Positions 1 to 9,330 of a stretch of 64,000 bases of DNA are shown in pieces. Every line of letters begins with the position of its first letter. Positions within the stretch are counted from its first letter, which is position 1. Below the pieces are notes generated by a model. That model was not told the origin of the DNA. It searched no databases and was given only the letters and a program-made list of their open reading frames with translations. The translations under genes were made by a program, and so were the position numbers. This DNA is from Saccharofermentans sp. (GTDB lineage Bacteria > Bacillota > Clostridia > Saccharofermentanales > Saccharofermentanaceae), in contig JAKSRJ010000010.1 of assembly GCA_024403715.1 (NCBI GenBank), positions 722 through 64,721 of the forward strand. The letters are read 5' to 3'.

Positions 1-1282
1 AATAGAATACTTAGATAATCTCCATTTCTCTGAAGAGGATCTTAAGTTCTTAAGTGGCTATGGATTTGATGATAAGTTCATAGATTATCTCCGTAATTTC
101 AAGTTTACTTGTGATGTATGGGCTGTGCCAGAAGGTACACCAGTTTTCCCTGGTGAACCACTAATTAAGATTAAGGGACCTGTTTTGCAGGCACAGCTTC
201 TAGAGACAGCATTGCTTTGTACAATTAACCACCAGACACTTATTGCTACTAAGACAGCTCGTATCGTAAGAGCTGCTGAGGGAAGACCAGTAATGGAATT
301 TGGTGCAAGACGAGCTCAGGGATTTGATGCTTCTGTATTAGGTGCTAGAGCTGCATATATCGCAGGCGCTGCAGGAACATCATGTACTATCTGTGGTGAG
401 CAGTTCAATATTCCTTTGTCAGGTACAATGGCACACTCATGGGTAATGCTTTATGACGACGAGTTCGAGGCATTTAAGGCTTATGCCTTGTCTTATCCTG
501 ATAAGTGCTTGCTTCTCGTAGATACATATGACGTATTGAAGTCAGGTATCCCTAATGCAATCAGATGCGCTAAGGAAGTTTTGGAGCCTATGGGCAAGAG
601 ACTTCTTGGTATAAGAATCGACTCTGGTGACTTAACATATATGACACAGAAGGCACGTAAGATGCTTGATGATGCAGGCCTTACAGATTGTAAGATTACT
701 GTATCTAACGCTCTTGATGAGTACCTTATTAGAGATCTTATTTCGCAGGGCGCATGTATCGATTCCTTTGGTGTAGGTGAGAGACTTATTACATCTAAGG
801 CAGAGCCAGTATTCGGAGGCGTATATAAGATCGCTGGTGTAGTAGATGAGGATGGTAACGTTACACCTAAGATGAAGATATCTGAGAACGCTGGTAAGGT
901 TACAACACCATGTTCCAAGGAAATCGTAAGATTCTACGATAAGGCAACAGGTAAGGCCATGGCTGATGTGCTTTTCGTAGAGGGTGAAGAGATTCCTAAT
1001 GGCGAACCATACGAGATTTTCGATCCAATCGAGACATGGAAGTGTAAGGTGCTGGAGAACTACACAACACAGAAGCTTTTGGTACCAATCTTCGAGCAGG
1101 GTAAGCTTGTTTATGATTGCCCTTCCATTATGGAAATTAGAAACTACTGCACTAAGCAGATTGATACTTTGTGGGAGGCTGTAAAGCGTTTTGAGAACCC
1201 ACATAAGTACTATGTAGATTTATCTCCAAAGCTTTGGAAGATTAAGGATGATATTTTGAGAAGTTATAGAAAGGCTAGGTAA
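1..1282 (+). CDS. pncB: Nicotinate phosphoribosyltransferase (5'-truncated by window edge)
   Basis: Frame is open from base 2 (IEYLDNLHFSEEDL...) into ORF 125..1282. NAPRTase motifs: LLETALL, EFGARRAQG, GTMAHSWV, LLVDTYD, GIRIDSGDL, FGVGERLIT, GGVYK. Confidence 0.93.
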   Translation, partial: IEYLDNLHFSEEDLKFLSGYGFDDKFIDYLRNFKFTCDVWAVPEGTPVFPGEPLIKIKGPVLQAQLLETALLCTINHQTLIATKTARIVRAAEGRPVMEFGARRAQGFDASVLGARAAYIAGAAGTSCTICGEQFNIPLSGTMAHSWVMLYDDEFEAFKAYALSYPDKCLLLVDTYDVLKSGIPNAIRCAKEVLEPMGKRLLGIRIDSGDLTYMTQKARKMLDDAGLTDCKITVSNALDEYLIRDLISQGACIDSFGVGERLITSKAEPVFGGVYKIAGVVDEDGNVTPKMKISENAGKVTTPCSKEIVRFYDKATGKAMADVLFVEGEEIPNGEPYEIFDPIETWKCKVLENYTTQKLLVPIFEQGKLVYDCPSIMEIRNYCTKQIDTLWEAVKRFENPHKYYVDLSPKLWKIKDDILRSYRKAR

Positions 1283-1288
1283 TCTAAT

Positions 1289-1774
1289 ATGGCAAATCCA
1301 ATCGTTACAATCAAGATTAAGGATATGGGAGATATCAAGGTAGAGCTCTATCCTGAGGTAGCACCAATCACAGTTGATAATTTTGTAAAACTCGCAGGTG
1401 AGGGCTTTTACAATGGTCTTACATTCCACAGAATTATTCCTGGATTTATGATTCAGGGTGGTGATCCACAAGGTACTGGTATGGGTGGTCCAGGTTATCA
1501 CATCAAGGGCGAGTTCGCTTCTAATGGAGTAATGAATCCTTTGAACCACACACGTGGTGTTATTTCTATGGCTAGATCTATGATGCCTGACTCTGCAGGA
1601 TCTCAGTTCTTTATCATGCACGAGGATGCTCCACACTTGGATGGTGAGTATGCTGCTTTTGGTAAAGTAATCGAAGGTATTGAGGTAGTAGACAAGGTTG
1701 CTTCCGTTAGAACTGACTACGGTGACAAGCCTCTCGAACCAGTTGTTATGGAATTAATGACAGTTGAGATGTAA
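1289..1774 (+). CDS. ppiB: Cyclophilin-type peptidyl-prolyl cis-trans isomerase
   Basis: APITVDNF, FYNGLTFHRIIPGFMIQGGDP, GVISMAR, SAGSQFFI, HLDGEYAAFGKV. Confidence 0.93.
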   Translation: MANPIVTIKIKDMGDIKVELYPEVAPITVDNFVKLAGEGFYNGLTFHRIIPGFMIQGGDPQGTGMGGPGYHIKGEFASNGVMNPLNHTRGVISMARSMMPDSAGSQFFIMHEDAPHLDGEYAAFGKVIEGIEVVDKVASVRTDYGDKPLEPVVMELMTVEM

Positions 1775-1776
1775 TT

Positions 1777-3897
1777 GTGACTAAGAAGAAAAGCATTGCT
1801 TTAACAATATTTTTCTCTATACTATTTTTCTTTTTTACTTTCTTTGCAGCGGGATTCATATGGGTATCCTCTGTATGGAAAACCATAACCTTTGATGAAG
1901 TCGTATTCCATTTAATGGCGCCTATAGAGGGCACAGAAAGTGGCGTAATAATCGGCTTCATTTTAAGGGTTCCTTTGGTTGCGGCTATTCTTACTGCAAT
2001 CGTGATTGTTGCCTCTCGTAAACAGCTTCGTAAGTCTCGGGGCAGATATTATGCTGTAAACATAATTGCATTGGTTCTGGCTATGATTACGTTTGGTATT
2101 ATGGCCATTAAGGTCGACAGACAGTACGGAATCCGTCAATATATCCGAGCTCAGCGAGGTGATTCTACGTTTATGGACCAACAGTATGTTGATCCATCTA
2201 TGGTTGAGATTGAGTTTCCAGAAGTAAGACGTAACTTAATCTATATTTACGCTGAGTCTATGGAGATTACATATGCAGATATTGCTTCCGGAGGCTCCTT
2301 TGAAGTTAATACAATTCCTGAATTGACCACGCTCGCGTTAGAAGAAGGAGATTGTTTTAATGGAGATTCTGGAACCCTTAATGGTGGTACAGTCTTATTC
2401 GGTTCATCATGGACTATGGGCGGACTCATGGCTCAAGCTTCTGGTGCTCCTATTATTGCTGGAATTAATAATGCCAGCATGAATGTGTCCGATTCTTTTT
2501 ATCCTAATCTGACAGCTATAGGTAATATCCTAGAAGATGATGGATATGCAAATTACTTTATGTGTGGCTCTGATTCAGTTTTTGGTGGAAGAGCTCAGTT
2601 TTATGTCGATCACGGAAATTTTGAGATTTTTGATTATAATACAGCACTAGAACAAGGTCTTATTCCTGCAGGATATAAAGAGTGGTGGGGCTTTGAAGAC
2701 GAAAAGCTCTTCTCTTACGCCGAGGAGCAGATATTAAATTTAGCGTCAGAAAACAGGCCTTTTAACTTTACTATGCTTACGGCGGACACTCATTTTGAAG
2801 ATGGTTATGTATGTGAGCTTTGTGGGAACCAGTTTGATATACAGTATTCTAATGTTATGGCTTGTTCCTCTCATCAAATTATGGATTTTGTAAGATGGAT
2901 ACAGGATCAGGATTTTTATGAGAATACAACTATTATTATCTCGGGCGACCACTTAACTATGGATGCTGATTATTGCATAGGAATTCCTGATAGCAATAGA
3001 AGGACTTATGTTACTGTTATTAACAGCGCAGTAGAGCCTATGACAAGCCAAAAACGTGAGTATTCAACATTTGATTTGTTTCCAACAACTCTTGCTGCTT
3101 TGGGTTGTACTATCTCTGGTGATAGGTTAGGTCTTGGTGTAAATCTTTATTCTGATACACCTACTTTGCTGGAAACATTTACTTCTGATGAGATTAACAA
3201 TGAACTTTGTATGAGTGGTGATTATTATGCTACACACTTTGGTATACCAAGCCCATTTTCTGGCTCAATATTAATTGGCACAGGTCTAGTTGAAGTGCAT
3301 ACAAATGTTACTGGCAGTATGCTTCAGGCTGAAGTCGTAGGTCTAGAAAATGCTGATGAGATGCCTGCTAATGTTTATGCTCAGGTTTTAACTATTGACG
3401 GTGATGTTATTAATCAAGGGAATATGGTACTTGGTACTGATAAGATATATCGTTTTGATTTTGATGGTGTTGATACAAGCGGCGACTACAGACTTTGTAT
3501 CTTTGTTACCGATGTTGATGGTAACGATATTACTCTTTATAGTAGCGCTATTATTGAGGAAGAAGCAGAGCCTACTGAAGATTATTCAGATGTAGAGTTT
3601 ATTTTCGAGCGTAATGGTGATGAAACAGCAAGAATAGTGTATCCGCTGTTGATGCCTTCTGGTACTGTGCCTGGCTGGATTTATGTATGGGATGATAACG
3701 ATCCTACAAACATACGTAAATATCCACTAAGTTATTTACGTGTAGCTAATGAAGATGGTTCAGAATCAATTTTTATTATGAATGAAGATGTTTATGTTGC
3801 AGATTTTGATCCCACTCTTGTGAACTTCTCGATTTATTTCTATCACGATGATGAGGGTGTGCTGTACAGCAACCGATATATGCATGCTTTATCTTAG
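1777..3897 (+). CDS. LTA synthase/OpgB(MdoB)-like phosphoglycerol transferase (alkaline phosphatase superfamily) with C-terminal beta-rich extension
   Basis: N-terminal TM helices, RNLIYIYAESME, putative catalytic Thr in SWTMGGLMA, WWGFEDEKLF, LTADTH, IIISGDHL, DLFPTTL, LGLGVNL. GTG start. Confidence 0.8.
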   Translation: MTKKKSIALTIFFSILFFFFTFFAAGFIWVSSVWKTITFDEVVFHLMAPIEGTESGVIIGFILRVPLVAAILTAIVIVASRKQLRKSRGRYYAVNIIALVLAMITFGIMAIKVDRQYGIRQYIRAQRGDSTFMDQQYVDPSMVEIEFPEVRRNLIYIYAESMEITYADIASGGSFEVNTIPELTTLALEEGDCFNGDSGTLNGGTVLFGSSWTMGGLMAQASGAPIIAGINNASMNVSDSFYPNLTAIGNILEDDGYANYFMCGSDSVFGGRAQFYVDHGNFEIFDYNTALEQGLIPAGYKEWWGFEDEKLFSYAEEQILNLASENRPFNFTMLTADTHFEDGYVCELCGNQFDIQYSNVMACSSHQIMDFVRWIQDQDFYENTTIIISGDHLTMDADYCIGIPDSNRRTYVTVINSAVEPMTSQKREYSTFDLFPTTLAALGCTISGDRLGLGVNLYSDTPTLLETFTSDEINNELCMSGDYYATHFGIPSPFSGSILIGTGLVEVHTNVTGSMLQAEVVGLENADEMPANVYAQVLTIDGDVINQGNMVLGTDKIYRFDFDGVDTSGDYRLCIFVTDVDGNDITLYSSAIIEEEAEPTEDYSDVEFIFERNGDETARIVYPLLMPSGTVPGWIYVWDDNDPTNIRKYPLSYLRVANEDGSESIFIMNEDVYVADFDPTLVNFSIYFYHDDEGVLYSNRYMHALS

Positions 3898-3910
3898 AAA
3901 TATTATAAAA

Positions 3911-3945
3911 TTGATACCTTAATTGGTAAATGATAGAATTATCAT
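3911..3945 (+). promoter_or_regulatory. SigA-type promoter for the priming GT, probably giving a leaderless transcript
   Basis: TTGATA (3911-3916), 17 nt spacer, TAGAAT (3934-3939) preceded by TG at 3931-3932. ATG at 3946 with no Shine-Dalgarno. Confidence 0.6.
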
Positions 3946-5364
3946 ATGGATTCTAGAGAAAACTCACGTGCTAAGCATATAGATTTTATTTTGATAGACC
4001 TCTTCTGTGTAGAAGTGGCTTATTTGGTATCTATTATTCTTCGTTATGGACCAGAGACATTCAGCGACTTACTTAAACCTGAATTTGCTCAATCTTTTAA
4101 TGATTTTAGAACGGTTAACGTAGTTTTAATTGCAGCATATATAGTGCTTATGCTTTTTACTGGTCCGCATCACGGAATAGTAAAAAGAGGCCATATAGCA
4201 GAGATAGGAAGAATAACTCTACTTAATTGCGAGATGATATTTGTACTTATAGCTTTTTTCTTTGCTGCACAAATATCAACGGTTTATTCTCGTCTTATGA
4301 TTGGCTATATCTTCTTGATAGATATAGTCTTGATGATGACCTTACGTACTATAAGAAAACTTATTCTAAGGATAAAGTTCTTGGATGGCACGGAATCTTC
4401 AGGTGTATTGCTTGTAGCTCAGAAGGATACAGCTGAAGATTTTGTAAACACTTTGATAAAAAACAATAGTGGTTTTTATCATTTTAAGGGCATTATTTTC
4501 ACAGATGGTTTTACGGAAAATTACTATCTAGGTATACCCGTCATTAAGGAGAAAGAAATACTTGATTTTGTAAAGGAAACTCCTATTAACGATGTCTATA
4601 TGCTAACAAGGGCTGGAGGTCGATTAGCGTCACAGTTTATTGGGATGGGGATAACAGTTCATAGAGCTATGGATTTAGAGACTCCTAACATGGTTAATGC
4701 AACAATTAATCAAATCGGAAATTATACTGTTGTTACTTCAACTATTACTAGAGCTTCTATGGGTGAACTTCTGATTAAGAGAGTATTCGATATTATGTGC
4801 TCGATAATAGGTCTTGCTTTTACGGGCATTTTTGCTATTATTCTAGCTCCTATTATTAAGATTCAAGCTCCAGGTCCGGTATTCTTTTCTCAGACTCGTG
4901 TTGGTAAAAATGGTAAGACATTTAAGATGTATAAATTCCGTTCTATGTATATGGATGCAGAAGAGCGTAAAAAAGAGCTTATGTCTCAAAATGAGATGAA
5001 TGGCCTTATGTTTAAGATGAAGAATGATCCAAGAATTTTCCCAGCAGGCAAGTTCATCCGTAAAACAAGTATTGATGAATTCCCTCAGTTTTGGAATATT
5101 TTGAAAGGTGATATGTCTTTGATTGGAACTCGTCCTCCAACGCTTGATGAATACGAGAATTATAAACGTCATCATATGAGTCGACTAGCAATGAAACCGG
5201 GTTTAACAGGAATGTGGCAGGTATCTGGACGTTCAGATATAACTGATTTTGAAGAAATAGTAAGACTTGATAATGAGTACATTAGAAATTTCAGCATTGG
5301 TCTTGATATCAAGATCATGTTTAAGACTTTTGGCGCTGTATTTGGCATGAAGGGTTCAAAGTGA
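3946..5364 (+). CDS. Priming polyprenyl-phosphate glycosylphosphotransferase (CpsE/WcaJ-like sugar transferase)
   Basis: N-terminal TMs and C-terminal Bac_transf domain: KRVFDI, GPVFFSQTRVGKNGKTFKMYKFRSM, DPRI, RKTSIDEFPQFWNILKGDMSLIGTRP, KPGLTGMWQVSGRS. Confidence 0.93.
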   Translation: MDSRENSRAKHIDFILIDLFCVEVAYLVSIILRYGPETFSDLLKPEFAQSFNDFRTVNVVLIAAYIVLMLFTGPHHGIVKRGHIAEIGRITLLNCEMIFVLIAFFFAAQISTVYSRLMIGYIFLIDIVLMMTLRTIRKLILRIKFLDGTESSGVLLVAQKDTAEDFVNTLIKNNSGFYHFKGIIFTDGFTENYYLGIPVIKEKEILDFVKETPINDVYMLTRAGGRLASQFIGMGITVHRAMDLETPNMVNATINQIGNYTVVTSTITRASMGELLIKRVFDIMCSIIGLAFTGIFAIILAPIIKIQAPGPVFFSQTRVGKNGKTFKMYKFRSMYMDAEERKKELMSQNEMNGLMFKMKNDPRIFPAGKFIRKTSIDEFPQFWNILKGDMSLIGTRPPTLDEYENYKRHHMSRLAMKPGLTGMWQVSGRSDITDFEEIVRLDNEYIRNFSIGLDIKIMFKTFGAVFGMKGSK

Positions 5365-6569
5365 CATCTGTTATTAAAAAGTATAATGGAAAGCTTGTAT
5401 CCGAGGCGACCTTTTTAGCTGCATTTACATGTTTTTTGATATTGAAGTATCTAGAGGGAACAACTTTTACTGTTGATTATCCAGATGCGATACCAAGTCT
5501 TTTACGCGCAATAATATTAAGCGTGGGTCTTTACAGATTAATTCAATTTAGAGGTGCCTTCTCTCGATTTAGCTTGTCTGTTCTAGGCTGTTTATTTGGA
5601 CTTGGTTTGTTTTTTCTAATAAATCGAGGTGATTACTTCATTCTAGATATGTCCATAACAATGCTAGGAGCAATAGGGGTACCGTTTAAGAGAATAGGTG
5701 CATTATATATATACGTTGCTGTCTTTATTTCTTTGTTGGCTATGGTTTGTTCTCAAACTGGCTTAATATCCGACTATGTCTTTTATACTGACATAGGATC
5801 GAATCTTGTAACTAGACATTCTTTTGGCATTATTTATCCGACGGATTGTTTTGCACACTTATTTTATATATCTATCGTCTATTTTATTGTTCGATGGAAA
5901 AGAATTACTTATCTTGAAATTGGAGTAATAGGAGTTTTAGCTATAACTCTTTTCTACTTTACAGGCGCTAGAGCTGGCTTTGTCGGATCAATATTTGTGG
6001 TTATCTCTATTTTGATTTGCAAAATTTTCAAATATAGAAGAATAGTAACGAATAGCAAAATACAGTCTTTAATCGGGGCATTAGTAATGCCTATATGTGC
6101 TGCTTTTATTATTCTTTTGACTTGGTTTTTTAATCCCAATAATACGAAGTATGTTAAGTTGGACAATATGATGACCCAACGATTAAGTTTGGGTAAGGCT
6201 GGTTTTGATTTATATGGTTTTTCTCCTCTTGGAAAATCATATTTTGCTGAGAACGGTAATGCTAACGGTGGAATTATCAGGTATGCATATGTTTTTTACG
6301 ATTCTTCATACATCAAAACTATTTTTAAGTACGGCGTTATAGTTCTTTTATTGGCGATTATCGTATATGCTTTGATATCGATAAAACTAGCACATTCTAA
6401 GTCGTTTTATGCTGTTATTTTTATCACAGCAATTGCTATTTCTTGTGTTATTGAACACCATATTTGGGAGCTCTCATATAATATCTCATTTTTAATTTTG
6501 ACAGCAGATATGTCATCTTGCTTACAATCAACCCCCTATATTATTAATAATAATAAAATAATGGTATAA
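5361..6569 (+). CDS. Putative Wzy polysaccharide polymerase
   Basis: About 11 TM helices with RHSFGIIYP, FTGARAG, TQRLSLG, YDSSYIK..FKYG, typical of Firmicute cps polymerases. Directly after the priming GT. Confidence 0.65.
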   Translation: MTSVIKKYNGKLVSEATFLAAFTCFLILKYLEGTTFTVDYPDAIPSLLRAIILSVGLYRLIQFRGAFSRFSLSVLGCLFGLGLFFLINRGDYFILDMSITMLGAIGVPFKRIGALYIYVAVFISLLAMVCSQTGLISDYVFYTDIGSNLVTRHSFGIIYPTDCFAHLFYISIVYFIVRWKRITYLEIGVIGVLAITLFYFTGARAGFVGSIFVVISILICKIFKYRRIVTNSKIQSLIGALVMPICAAFIILLTWFFNPNNTKYVKLDNMMTQRLSLGKAGFDLYGFSPLGKSYFAENGNANGGIIRYAYVFYDSSYIKTIFKYGVIVLLLAIIVYALISIKLAHSKSFYAVIFITAIAISCVIEHHIWELSYNISFLILTADMSSCLQSTPYIINNNKIMV

Positions 6570-6570
6570 T
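6562..6570 (+). promoter_or_regulatory. Internal extended -10 promoter element
   Basis: TGGTATAAT at 6562-6570, then a GGAGGAG SD before ATG 6605. Confidence 0.5.
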
Positions 6571-6604
6571 TTAACTTACGTAAACTCGCCCTTTTGGAGG
6601 AGCT

Positions 6605-8176
6605 ATGAAGTACATAATTAATACCGAAGAAACTGAAATTAATATTAAGGACATGTTGGTTTATTGCCTTTTGCGTTGGCGTAAGGTTTTATGCATGATG
6701 ATTATCGTAGGTGTAATCCTCGGCGGTTATATGGGATACAAGAAGTATTCTTTTACTTCAGGTATTCGTCAGGCTTGTGAAGAGTATTTCCAGGATCCTG
6801 CAGCACTACTCGCAAAGCAAGAATACGCTCTTGAAGCTCAGGCTAATGGTATTGCTCTTTCCCCAGAGGAACAGTTAAGCGTTTATGAGAATCAGGTTAT
6901 TGATGAGGTTGCTGTTCTCGAGAGACTTTATAGTATGAACACTAATATTCGCGAGAGTATTAATCTTCTTAATGCTATGAATGATTATCGTTCTAATTCC
7001 TACTTGATGCGAGTTAATCCTGAAGCAGTTCCTGTAGCTGAAGCAGATATTATGATTAGTGTATCTGATGATGCACCTGTTAATTCCGTTAATGTACTCA
7101 CTAACGCTTATATCAATTATTTAAGCCAGGGCGATTACCTCTCAAGCTATGCAGAAGAGATTGGTGTGGATGTTAAATATTTGAAGGAAGCTCTTCTTAT
7201 TTCTGATGCAACATTTGGTTCTTCTAATGAGGCTGATATTTACACAATTACAGCTGATCCAGAAACTAATGTGACTAACGATATCAGCGTATCTTTCTCA
7301 TCAGATACAGATAATGGTCGTGTTGCTTTACTTGTGGTTAAGGCAATTGGATTAACTGAGGATGAGGCAGATGCTCTTTTAAGCATGGTAATGATTGAGC
7401 TTAATTCTTATCAGCAGATTGTTGAGGAGACTATTGCTCCTCATGAGCTAAGCACAATCAATATGTTCTCTTCAACAGTATGCAACAACACGATTCGTGT
7501 TCGTCAGGATGCTATTGCAGAACAGATACATGCTATGCATGCAGATATTGCATCTTACGAGCAGAATCGTAATGATTATTCATATCAGCATAAAGATAAC
7601 TTCCTTACTGATTTGAACGCTTTGCCTTCGCCAGCAAAAGAAGGTGTTAAGGCTCTTATTATTTACGGTGCAATAGGAGTATTTGGTGTATTCATGCTTT
7701 GTGCTGTTGTATATATCTTAAAGTACATTTTGAGCTTTAAGGTTCTCACAAAGAATCAGCTTATGAACAGATTTACTTTATTTGATTTAGGTTCAAAGCA
7801 GAATGGCGAGGATATTCTTTACAAGTATAACGGCAAGTTTGATAAAAATATGCGCAAGAGTGTTAGCCTTGGAAATGGTGGTATTGACGCAGCTCAGATG
7901 GCTATAGCTAATCTTGAGGTGTTCGGCGATGAGGTTAAGACAGTATTAGCTGTAGGTAATGGAGACGCATTTAAAGCATTGAAGGATAAGAATATTGCTA
8001 AGGTCACAGTCGTAGATAATCTCTTAGAGAATGCTTCAAGCCGTAAGCTTCTTGCTGATGTTGATGGTGTAATCTTGGAAGTTAATTATGGTAAGACTCG
8101 TTTTGATGATATTAAGGATCAAATTGAGTTTATCGTTTTAGCTGGCAAGTCTGTTATAGGGTATATCGCAGATTAA
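6605..8176 (+). CDS. Chain-length regulator (Wzz/CpsC-like) fused to a degenerate BY-kinase-like C-terminal domain
   Basis: N-terminal ETEINIKDML..LLRWRKV plus TM, large external region, second TM near SPAKEGVKALIIYG. C-terminus DGVILEVNYGKTRFDDI...GKSVIG resembles the CpsD/Wzc tail but lacks Walker A. Confidence 0.65.
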   Translation: MKYIINTEETEINIKDMLVYCLLRWRKVLCMMIIVGVILGGYMGYKKYSFTSGIRQACEEYFQDPAALLAKQEYALEAQANGIALSPEEQLSVYENQVIDEVAVLERLYSMNTNIRESINLLNAMNDYRSNSYLMRVNPEAVPVAEADIMISVSDDAPVNSVNVLTNAYINYLSQGDYLSSYAEEIGVDVKYLKEALLISDATFGSSNEADIYTITADPETNVTNDISVSFSSDTDNGRVALLVVKAIGLTEDEADALLSMVMIELNSYQQIVEETIAPHELSTINMFSSTVCNNTIRVRQDAIAEQIHAMHADIASYEQNRNDYSYQHKDNFLTDLNALPSPAKEGVKALIIYGAIGVFGVFMLCAVVYILKYILSFKVLTKNQLMNRFTLFDLGSKQNGEDILYKYNGKFDKNMRKSVSLGNGGIDAAQMAIANLEVFGDEVKTVLAVGNGDAFKALKDKNIAKVTVVDNLLENASSRKLLADVDGVILEVNYGKTRFDDIKDQIEFIVLAGKSVIGYIAD

Positions 8177-8177
8177 T

Positions 8178-9326
8178 ATGGCGCGTAGAGTTTTACACAT
8201 ATCCAAGTATTATTATCCTTTCTCAGGCGGTACAGAACAGATAGCCAGAGATATTGTTGTCGCATTAAAAGATGTAGATAATATTGAGCAACAGGTTTTT
8301 GCCTTTGATCATAATTCTCCAAGTGAATCGAAGGATTATGAAGATGAGGTGGATGATATTAAGGTTGTTAGATGTAAGTGTATAGCTAAGATTTCATCTC
8401 AGTCTATAGCTCCAACTTATGGTAAAAGATTGAAGGCTGTAATGCTCGAATTTCAGCCAGACATTGTTATTCTTCATTATCCAAATCCATTCGCTACTAC
8501 ATATGTGCTTCGTGAGCTTAAGAAGCATCCTGAAGTAAAGCTTATTACCTATTGGCATTTGGATATCTACAAGCAGAAGATTTTAAAGAATCTTTTTATT
8601 GGTCAGAATAGAAGACTCATCGCTCGCTCTAATACTTTGGTTGCTACAAGTCCTAACTATATGCAGGAAAGCCCATGGTTATCAACCGCTAAAGATAAGT
8701 GTATCGTAATACCTAATTGCATTAATGAGAATCGCCTAGAGGTTGATGAAGAAGTAGAGAAGCGTGCTGAAGAAATCCGTGAGGAAAATAAAGATAAGAT
8801 TATGTGTCTCTCAGTGGGTCGTCATGTTGAATATAAGGGATTCAAATATCTTATCGACGCTTCTAAAAAATTAGATGATCGTTTTGTAATCAATATTACA
8901 GGTAAGGGGCCTCTTACAGATAGTCTTAAGGAGCAAGCTAACGGTGACGGTAAGGTTAACTTCCTAGGATTAGTATCTACAACAGAACTACGTGCTCAGC
9001 TTTTAGCGTGCGATATTTTTTGTTTCCCATCTATAACTAAGAACGAAGCTTTTGGTTTAGCTTTAGCAGAGGGGATGTATTTTGAGCATCCTGCAGTAAC
9101 ATTTACTATTCCTGGTTCTGGCGTTAATTATGTAAGTCTTAATGGTATTACTGGCATCGAGTGTCCTAATATGGATGTTGATGCATACGCCAAGGCTTTG
9201 ACTAAGCTTGCAGATAATCCTGAGCTGATTAAGTCGTATGGGCAGGCGGCCAAGAAACGTGTAGTTGATAATTTTACTTTCGAGATGTTTAAGCAGAATA
9301 TTATTAAGCTTATCTCAAAGGAGTAA
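8178..9326 (+). CDS. Glycosyltransferase family 4
   Basis: KYYYPFSGGTEQ, HYPNP, VGRHVEYKG, FPSITKNEAFGLALAEGM (EX7E motif). Confidence 0.9.
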   Translation: MARRVLHISKYYYPFSGGTEQIARDIVVALKDVDNIEQQVFAFDHNSPSESKDYEDEVDDIKVVRCKCIAKISSQSIAPTYGKRLKAVMLEFQPDIVILHYPNPFATTYVLRELKKHPEVKLITYWHLDIYKQKILKNLFIGQNRRLIARSNTLVATSPNYMQESPWLSTAKDKCIVIPNCINENRLEVDEEVEKRAEEIREENKDKIMCLSVGRHVEYKGFKYLIDASKKLDDRFVINITGKGPLTDSLKEQANGDGKVNFLGLVSTTELRAQLLACDIFCFPSITKNEAFGLALAEGMYFEHPAVTFTIPGSGVNYVSLNGITGIECPNMDVDAYAKALTKLADNPELIKSYGQAAKKRVVDNFTFEMFKQNIIKLISKE

Positions 9327-9330
9327 TGAG

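Noticed and set aside
125-1282. GTG at 125 as the pncB start
   Set aside because: The frame is open back to the window edge with NAPRTase-like sequence, so the true start lies upstream.
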